Assembly (NCBI GenBank): GCA_963674755.2
Contig: CAXXVS010000003.1
Span: 672,001 to 736,000 of the forward strand
Source of the DNA: Desulfobacterales bacterium
Lineage (GTDB): Bacteria > Desulfobacterota > Desulfobacteria > Desulfobacterales > UBA5852
Reading direction: 5' to 3'
DNA: 64,000 bases
The position numbers were made by a program, and so were the translations under genes. Below the pieces are notes generated by a model. That model was not told the DNA's origin and did no database searches. It saw only the letters and a program-made list of their open reading frames with translations. This document shows, piece after piece, positions 57,364-64,000 of the stretch. The stretch's first letter is position 1. Every line of letters begins with the position of its first letter.

Positions 57364-57717
57364 ATGAACGTCATCCGATTCGACACGGCCGAAAGCTATG
57401 AGCCCGAGAAGGACTGGAAGCGCATCAGTCTGTGCGGCCAGGCGGACATTTCCATCGAGCACTTCGTGAAACCCGCCGGCCATGCCTCGCCCCGCCACAG
57501 CCATCCCAATTCCCAGGTGCTGATCGTGCTCAAGGGGCAATTGACCATCACCACGGACGAGGACGAACAGACCCTGTCTGAGAACGACGCGGTCTACATC
57601 CCCGGGGACGAACCCCACATCGTCACCAATCCCCTGGACGAGGTGTCGGTGGGGATCGATATTTTTGTGCCGGGGCGGTCGTTCGATTTTTGGTTAAAAC
57701 GCAAGACGGCTTCGTGA
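57364..57717 (+). CDS. Cupin domain protein
   Basis: PRHSHPNSQVLIVLKG..IPGDEPH; AGGAG RBS. Confidence 0.9.
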   Translation: MNVIRFDTAESYEPEKDWKRISLCGQADISIEHFVKPAGHASPRHSHPNSQVLIVLKGQLTITTDEDEQTLSENDAVYIPGDEPHIVTNPLDEVSVGIDIFVPGRSFDFWLKRKTAS

Positions 57718-58411
57718 AACGCCCAATATCTGCGTTGTGCGGCGCCCCTCGTCGCTGCGTCGTACCTGGTGTACGCCTCGCTCCTCAGACCTTGCACGCC
57801 TTGATCTTGGACGTTTCACGAAGCCGTCCGGACGAGGTTTCCGAGGCCCAAATCATGGATCGAGGGGCCATCGCCCAATATCTGCGTTGTGCGGCGCCCC
57901 TCGTCGCTGCGTCGTACCTGGTGTACGCCTCGCTCCTCAGACCTTGCACGCCTTGATCTTGGACGTTTCACGAAGCCGTCCGGACGAGGTTTCCGAGGCC
58001 CAAATCATGGATCGAGGGGCCATCGCCCAATATCTGCGTTGTGCGGCGCTCCTCGTCGCTGCGGCGTACCTGGTGTACGCCTCGCTCCTCAGACCTTGCA
58101 CGCCTTGATCTTGGACGTTTCACGAAGCCGTCCGGACGAGGTTTCCGAGGCCCAAATCATGGATCGAGGGGCCATCGCCCAATATCTGCGTTGTGCGGCG
58201 CTCCTCGTCGCTGCGGCGTACCTGGTGTACGCCTCGCTCCTCAGACCTTGCACGCCTTGATCTTGGACGTTTCACGAAGCCGTCCGGACGAGGTTTCCGA
58301 GGACCAAATCATGGATCAGAGGGGCCATCGCCCAATATCGGCGTTGTGCGGCGCTCCTCGTCCCTGCGGCGTACCTGGTGTACGCCTCGCTCCTCAGACT
58401 TTGCACACCTT
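57705..58411 (+). repeat. Tandem array, 152-bp unit x ~4.5 (family A element)
   Basis: GCCCAATATC at 57721, 57873, 58025, 58177, 58330; 17-bp IR 57705-57721 / 57812-57828. Confidence 0.97.
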
Positions 58412-58545
58412 CAATTGAGCCTGCCTTACCCCGCGAACCCTGCAAACCTTACGGTTGCCAGGTTCGCGGGGGCAAGCCGTCCCTGTTTCGATCAGACCCT
58501 CCGCCTCCCTCATATTTGCTTTTGCAAACTTAAACTAAAAATTCC

Positions 58546-58573
58546 TAAAGAAGTTGCGCCGCATCGCCGATAT
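58546..58573 (+). promoter_or_regulatory. Putative sigma28 promoter of the MCP gene
   Basis: TAAA-N16-GCCGATAT upstream of a chemoreceptor. Confidence 0.65.
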
Positions 58574-58686
58574 CCTGCCTGTCCCACCAGATGGGTGTTC
58601 GGGCCGGGCGTTTCCCGGGCCACCCGCAGGGACGCTCTAAAACCATGCACCGCGGTGCCTTCCATCCCTCAAAGGAGTTTTTAACG

Positions 58687-60579
58687 ATGAAGAAGCGTTC
58701 CCTCAAATTCAAACTGATGATCAGCGGCATACTGATCGTTCTGGTACCTTTAGTCATTACGGGGTTTTTTTCGGTCACCAAATCCTCGCAGGCGCTGCTT
58801 AATTTGGGGAAAAGCAATATCGAACTCACCGCCAAAACGCTGGCCACCACGGTGGATCTGGTGCTTTCCGAAGAGATTAAACTGGTCAATACCCTCGCCG
58901 CCGACCCGGTAACCCGTTCCGCAGCCGAGGCCTATTCCAACCGGGGTCCGGACGGAGCGGCCGCCGAAATCGAGTTGTTGGGCCGCAAGCTCCAGGCGAC
59001 AATGAAGAAAGTCGGCAGCGATTACGAAGGCCTCTTCTTAACCAATACCAAAGGCATTATCATAGCCGACGGTGTCGGCGGAAAACAAAAGGGAATCGAC
59101 CTATCCACTCGGGCCTATTTCAAGAAGGCGATGGCCGGCAAGGAGGCCGTGTCCGATCCGGTCAAATCCAAATTATCCGGCAATCTTATCGCGCCAGTGG
59201 CAGTGCCCGTCTTTTCCGCATCCGGGGAGGTGGTCGGCACCGTGGCGGCCGTTCTGGACATCAATTTTCTGGTGGCGAAAATAACGAGCATCAAAATTGG
59301 CGAATCAGGCTATCCGGTGATCACGAACGACGCAGGCTTGACCGTGGTCCACCCCAACAAAGACCTGATTTTGAAGGTCGATGTGAGTAAGCTGCCGGAG
59401 ATGGCGCCGCTTTATAACGGCTTCAAATCCAAAGCCTTCGGGACGAGCGACTATGTTTTTAAAGGTGTGGACAAGACCGCGGGGTTTGCCGCCTGCCAGG
59501 TGGTGAACTGGCACGTGCTGGCCATCCAGGACCAGGCAGAGCTTTCCGCGGCCTCCCACACCATCCGCAAGGTGATCCTGCTGGTTGGCGCCGCTTTCCT
59601 GGTCCTGACCATATTGGGGGTCCTCTTTTTTGCGGGCTCCATCAGCAAGCCCATCAACCGCATCGTGGCTCTGCTCAATGCCGGCTCCGACGAGGTGGCC
59701 TCCGCTTCGGGGCAGGTTTCGGGGGCCAGTCAATCCCTGGCCGAAGGCGCTTCCGAGCAGGCCGCCGCCATCGAGGAGACCTCTTCCTCCCTGGAGGAAA
59801 TGGCGTCCATGACCCGCCAGAATGCCGACAATGCCGGCCAGGCTGACCAGCTCATGCGCGGCGCCAACGACATCGTGGGTCAGGCCAGCCGGGAGATGGA
59901 GGAGCTGACCACATCCATGGGTGAAATTTCCAAAGCCAGTGAGGAAACCCAGAAGATCGTCAAAACCATCGATGAGATCGCCTTCCAGACCAATCTCCTG
60001 GCCCTCAACGCGGCGGTGGAGGCGGCCCGCGCCGGGGAGGCCGGTGCCGGTTTCGCCGTGGTGGCGGACGAAGTGCGCAATCTGGCCATCCGGGCCGCCG
60101 AGGCGGCTAAAACCACTTCCGATCTGATCCAGAGCACCTCGGGACGGATTCAAAACGGTGCCGGGCTGGTGGAGACCACCAACAAGGCCTTCCGCGAAAT
60201 CGCCGAAGCCAGCGGCAAGGTCAGCGATCTGGTGGCGGAGATTGCCGCTGCTTCCAAGGAACAGGCCCAGGGGGTCGAGCAGATCAACAATGCCATCTCC
60301 GAGATGGACAAGGTGGTTCAGAACAATGCGGCCACGGCCGAGGAATCCGCGTCGGCGTCCGAGGAGATGAACGCCCAGGCCGAGCAGCTCAAGGCGATCG
60401 TGGAACAGTTGGCCACCATCATCTCCGGCAGTCAACAAGCGCGCCCTGTGGTTGCCGCGTCCGCGTCCGGAAGGCCGGTGCGGCCTGCCAATGGGAAGAA
60501 GGCCGGCCATGCTTCGAGCGCTCCGGAAGCGATGATTCCATTTGACGACGGCCACGACGACGCTTTCGGCGATTTTTAA
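58687..60579 (+). CDS. Methyl-accepting chemotaxis protein with dCache domain
   Basis: 2 TMs; RAYF..A..G..VSDP Cache motif; [31 protein letters not shown]-terminal pentapeptide AFGDF. Confidence 0.95.
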   Translation: MKKRSLKFKLMISGILIVLVPLVITGFFSVTKSSQALLNLGKSNIELTAKTLATTVDLVLSEEIKLVNTLAADPVTRSAAEAYSNRGPDGAAAEIELLGRKLQATMKKVGSDYEGLFLTNTKGIIIADGVGGKQKGIDLSTRAYFKKAMAGKEAVSDPVKSKLSGNLIAPVAVPVFSASGEVVGTVAAVLDINFLVAKITSIKIGESGYPVITNDAGLTVVHPNKDLILKVDVSKLPEMAPLYNGFKSKAFGTSDYVFKGVDKTAGFAACQVVNWHVLAIQDQAELSAASHTIRKVILLVGAAFLVLTILGVLFFAGSISKPINRIVALLNAGSDEVASASGQVSGASQSLAEGASEQAAAIEETSSSLEEMASMTRQNADNAGQADQLMRGANDIVGQASREMEELTTSMGEISKASEETQKIVKTIDEIAFQTNLLALNAAVEAARAGEAGAGFAVVADEVRNLAIRAAEAAKTTSDLIQSTSGRIQNGAGLVETTNKAFREIAEASGKVSDLVAEIAAASKEQAQGVEQINNAISEMDKVVQNNAATAEESASASEEMNAQAEQLKAIVEQLATIISGSQQARPVVAASASGRPVRPANGKKAGHASSAPEAMIPFDDGHDDAFGDF

Positions 60580-61149
60580 TCCGCCGGAGGCGGACGAAGG
60601 GCTAATTCCCTGCCGCGTAAGGCGTTACATGGCTTTTACACATACCCCGCTGCTTTGCGGCGGGGCGACCCAATCTCCCCCCGCGGCCGGCGGATGAATA
60701 CAGCGGTATGCTGGATAATCCGCCGGCCGCACCCCGCCTGGGAAGTCATAACGGCATCAGGCACCCCCTTAATGCATTGACAAAGGAAGCCCCCCGGGCT
60801 ATGGGTGCGCAGACATTTCATTACAACCATACCCTTTAACGGGACACGCCATGCAATTCCATACCTCTCTAAAACATATCGCCATCCTGTCGATACTCCC
60901 CCCACCGCCCTGCCGACGCTAAAGCGTTTCGGCCATGGGTCTTTCCTGAACCGCCGTCCTATGGGGCGGATGCGGTCAGGTCATTCATTGCTTAAGCCTC
61001 TCCAGTAAATTGGGCTGCTGACGGACGGGACTGTTTATCCGGCCTTTGGTGCATCCGTGCCGGGTAAACCTCATCTCCGCCCGTGCACGTGCGCTGGACA
61101 GCTCTTTCCCCTGGAGCGGCTTGTTGCAGCAGGTGAAAGGATTGTATCG

Positions 61150-62322
61150 ATGACATCCAAAACAACGGCCTGCGGGCTGTTTCTGGCTATTTTTTTGATG
61201 ATGACCGGGGTGGGGATGATCGTGGCGGTCATGCCCCGGCACTACATTGCGCTGTCCGGCTCGCCCCACACCGTGGGCAGTTTGGCAGCGGCGTTCGCCA
61301 TCACCTATCTCATGGTCCAGCTGGTGGTGGGCCGGCTGGCCGACCGCTACGGGTTCCGGCGGTTTATCATCGCCGGCTATTTCATCTGTGCGGCGGCCGG
61401 CGTTTGCTTCTATATCAGCGCGGATGCGCTCATGCTCATCCTGGGGCGCCTCATCCAGGGCTTCGGCGAAGCGCCGGCCTGGTCCCTGGCGCCGGCGGTC
61501 CTGGCTCTCCAGAACCCGGCCCGGCCGGGCCGTCTGATCGGCGCCTACAGCGCGATATTGCATGTAGGGCTGGCACTCGGTCCTGCTCTGGGGATTTTGT
61601 GCCGCGTCATCTGGCCGGAAGAAAGCGTGTTCGCTGTTTTTGCGGGGTTATGTTTCTGCGGCGGATGGATCCTGATCGGGACCTTCCGGGCGGATGCCCC
61701 CCGCCAGGAGGCGCCGCGCCAGACGTCTTGCCGGTGGCGGCTGCCCAGGGAGGAAACCGCCGGTCGCGCTCTCATGGCAACCCTTTTAGGGGTCGCACTT
61801 TACGGGGCGGGCTATGGAACCTTCCTCACGGTGATTCCCGTCTATCTGCAAGCCGCTAAAGGGTTCGGCGAAACCGGCATCGCGCTGTACTTCAGCGGAT
61901 TCTACGTGGCCATCGGATCGGCGGCGCTGCTGACCGGCCTGCTGGGCGAACGCCTCGGTCAGCGCCGCTTGATGGCGGCCGGCCTGGCCCCGGCGGCCAT
62001 CGCCATGGCCTTCCTGCCGGCGGCCGAAGGTATGGTCCTGCTCGGGCTGCTCTTCGCATCCATGCTGGCCCTGGGCATCTTCGGGATGAGCTCCCTGGGC
62101 TACCTGAATGCCCTGGCAGCCCCGGAGCGCAAGGGCACCTTTTCCGGGTTCTATTTTCTGGCCTGGGGTCTTGGCATGTTCCTGGGGCCCCTGGTGATCG
62201 GCGGCATGGACGCCCTGGCGGCACCGGGAACCGGACTCCAGAGCTACGGCGTTTTCACAGGCCTGTATAGCTTGATTCTCGGCCAAGCGCTGACCGGCGA
62301 GGGGGCGGTCGTCATGGACTGA
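61150..62322 (+). CDS. MFS transporter
   Basis: About 12 TMs; motif A GRLADRYGFR; GRLIQGFG. Confidence 0.9.
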   Translation: MTSKTTACGLFLAIFLMMTGVGMIVAVMPRHYIALSGSPHTVGSLAAAFAITYLMVQLVVGRLADRYGFRRFIIAGYFICAAAGVCFYISADALMLILGRLIQGFGEAPAWSLAPAVLALQNPARPGRLIGAYSAILHVGLALGPALGILCRVIWPEESVFAVFAGLCFCGGWILIGTFRADAPRQEAPRQTSCRWRLPREETAGRALMATLLGVALYGAGYGTFLTVIPVYLQAAKGFGETGIALYFSGFYVAIGSAALLTGLLGERLGQRRLMAAGLAPAAIAMAFLPAAEGMVLLGLLFASMLALGIFGMSSLGYLNALAAPERKGTFSGFYFLAWGLGMFLGPLVIGGMDALAAPGTGLQSYGVFTGLYSLILGQALTGEGAVVMD

Positions 62323-62613
62323 CGGGGTGGCCGCTTGAATCGTCCTATGCAAGGGGGGGGCGGCGCGGCCCCGGCGCCTGTCGCGCAACCGGGACCCGGA
62401 CCGCTGCCGACCGCCAACTCCCGGCTTGACTTGGGCAACCAAACAGATTTATGTCGTTTGCTGAGCGCAGCGGATCCATCTTAGCGGCCCAAGCTTATGG
62501 CGGCATGCCGCCCTGGCCGGTCGATGCGCCTGGTGGACACGTCTGGGATGAAATCCACATCTGGACAACAGAACCTATAGTTTCGTTAATCTTCATGAAA
62601 AGGAGGCTGGAAA

Positions 62614-63582
62614 ATGGCGACGGAAGAAGCTGCGAAAATGAAGCCCCTCTGGCTAGCAATCGAAGAGGAGCTCCTTGCGCTCGGGTCACAGGGACTATCG
62701 GGTGAGGGATCGGAGGCGACGGTGCACAACATCGCTGGCAACCTGGACGGCAAGGGTTACAATGTATCCAAGCACGGCGGCCACCTGCTGCAATTGCGGT
62801 TTGCCCTGGAGGACATGCGCAAGGTCGGCAACCCTCTGATGGAGGATTTCAATGCGGCCCTGAATGCCCCCCTGCTGGAAGACCTGCTGGATCAATATGC
62901 GGCCGCTGACAAGCTGATCCGCAATGTGGGCGAAACCTGGCCCAGGCTCAAACGGGCCGAATGCCGTCCGGTGGTGATCGCCTTTGTCGAGCAGCGCAAG
63001 CTCGACCTGCTCATCGAAAAGGCCCGCGCCATGTCCGGCGACGACGGCATCGAGCTGCTCATCACCGAGAAGGTGGCGCCCGAGGTGATCACCCGCGGCA
63101 TGGAAATTACCGAGGAGAAGCTCAAAGACGTCAACACCGCCATGGAGAAGCGGGCGGCCGAACGCAAGCGGGTGCTGGGCCTGGTGGAGAAGGTCAATGA
63201 CAAGTCCGACGAGGACAAGGTGCGCTACCTGATCGACAACAACGTGGCCGAACCGCTGATTCTCGAACTGGGAGGCGTCGACCAGGCCGCCATCGACGGG
63301 GCCAAAAAGGCCATGGAAGAGGAGCTCAAGGAAAAACAGCGCCTGGCCGAAGAGGAAGCCGCCCGCAAGAAAAAGGAAGCCGAAGGGCCGGCGCTGGAAG
63401 ATATGTCGCCGGATGAGATGCTGACCCACATCGAGGCCATTCGTGAGATCATGGAATTCAGCGACGTGGAGAAAGAAATCCGCACCATGTGCGAGCAGAG
63501 CGCCCTCCCCAAGGCCCTCGTGGACATTGCGGTTTCCGACCCCGCCAAGCTGGACGAGCTGGAAAAGCAAGCGGGAGGATGA
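62614..63582 (+). CDS. Hypothetical acidic helical/coiled-coil protein
   Basis: AGGAGG RBS, strong host-like codon bias; no family recognised. Confidence 0.85.
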   Translation: MATEEAAKMKPLWLAIEEELLALGSQGLSGEGSEATVHNIAGNLDGKGYNVSKHGGHLLQLRFALEDMRKVGNPLMEDFNAALNAPLLEDLLDQYAAADKLIRNVGETWPRLKRAECRPVVIAFVEQRKLDLLIEKARAMSGDDGIELLITEKVAPEVITRGMEITEEKLKDVNTAMEKRAAERKRVLGLVEKVNDKSDEDKVRYLIDNNVAEPLILELGGVDQAAIDGAKKAMEEELKEKQRLAEEEAARKKKEAEGPALEDMSPDEMLTHIEAIREIMEFSDVEKEIRTMCEQSALPKALVDIAVSDPAKLDELEKQAGG

Positions 63583-63690
63583 CGCAAGCGTAAGGCTTAG
63601 CAGGTCTTTTTAGGATCCAAGGGTCCAAGGGTTCCGGGGGCCGAGGGAAGGGCGAAAACTTTCCCCCCTGAACTTTGGGCCCTTGTTGTT

Positions 63691-63999
63691 TTACAAATCG
63701 TAGGCTTCGAACTCGCTGCGGGCGCATTCGGGGCAGAGGCCGTGGCTGAAATCGGCGTCGAAGTTGTTGCGTACGAAGGCTTCCAGCGAGTTCCAGGCGC
63801 CGTTGTCGTCGCGGATGCGGCGGCATTTGGCGCAGATGGGGATCAGGCCTTTGAGGGTCCTGACCTCGGAGAGGGCCTGCTCAAGTTTTTTAATAAGGGT
63901 TTCGCGCTCGGCCTGAATCTGCCTGAGCGCCGTGATATCCCTGACCAGGTGAACGGCCCCGGTCAGGCGCCCCTCCGGGTCGCTCAGCGGGTCGACCGT
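63691..63999 (-). CDS. 3' end of PAS-domain signalling protein with C-terminal CxxC..HxxCPxC Zn-finger (5' part outside window)
   Basis: Hand translation ..GAVHLVRDIT..LKGLIPICAKCRRIRDDNGAW..FSHGLCPECARSEFEAYDL*; absent from ORF track. Confidence 0.85.
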   Translation of the reverse strand, partial: TVDPLSDPEGRLTGAVHLVRDITALRQIQAERETLIKKLEQALSEVRTLKGLIPICAKCRRIRDDNGAWNSLEAFVRNNFDADFSHGLCPECARSEFEAYDL

Positions 64000-64000
64000 G

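Noticed and set aside
57705..58411. CRISPR array
   Set aside because: Whole 152-bp units repeat; no unique spacers and no cas genes
57690..58684. Repetitive ORFs (MRRPSSLRRTW...) in the track
   Set aside because: By-products of the tandem repeat; no RBS, frame shifts with each unit

Overview
64 kb GC-rich bacterial chromosomal window; gene content and intergenic repeats suggest an anaerobic deltaproteobacterium (Desulfobacterales-like, inferred). It holds about 55 CDS: acyl-CoA catabolism, a PAS/GAF diguanylate cyclase, msrAB with a two-component system, DUF362 Fe-S proteins, lipid enzymes, a cecR-ybhGFSR-type ABC exporter and an MCP. No rRNA, tRNA, CRISPR or transposase was seen. Main results: (1) an ORF missing from the supplied track at 21492-21782(-) encodes a secreted 96-aa mini-MsrA-like protein whose in-frame UGA aligns with the MsrA catalytic Cys and is followed by a SECIS-like hairpin, i.e. 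a probable selenoprotein at the end of an RR-HK-msrAB locus; (2) a translationally coupled 4-gene operon (Zn-ribbon/degenerate GGDEF effector, processive GT2 synthase, TolC-like/GH18-like fusion, HlyD adaptor) behind a sigma28-like promoter, a candidate c-di-GMP-controlled glycan synthesis/export system; (3) a superfamily of structured palindromic intergenic elements with compensatory base changes, often abutting stop codons and amplified into 292-bp and 152-bp tandem arrays; (4) two interrupted genes (CopG-type antitoxin, outer-membrane porin). All family calls come from motif recognition by eye, not database searches.
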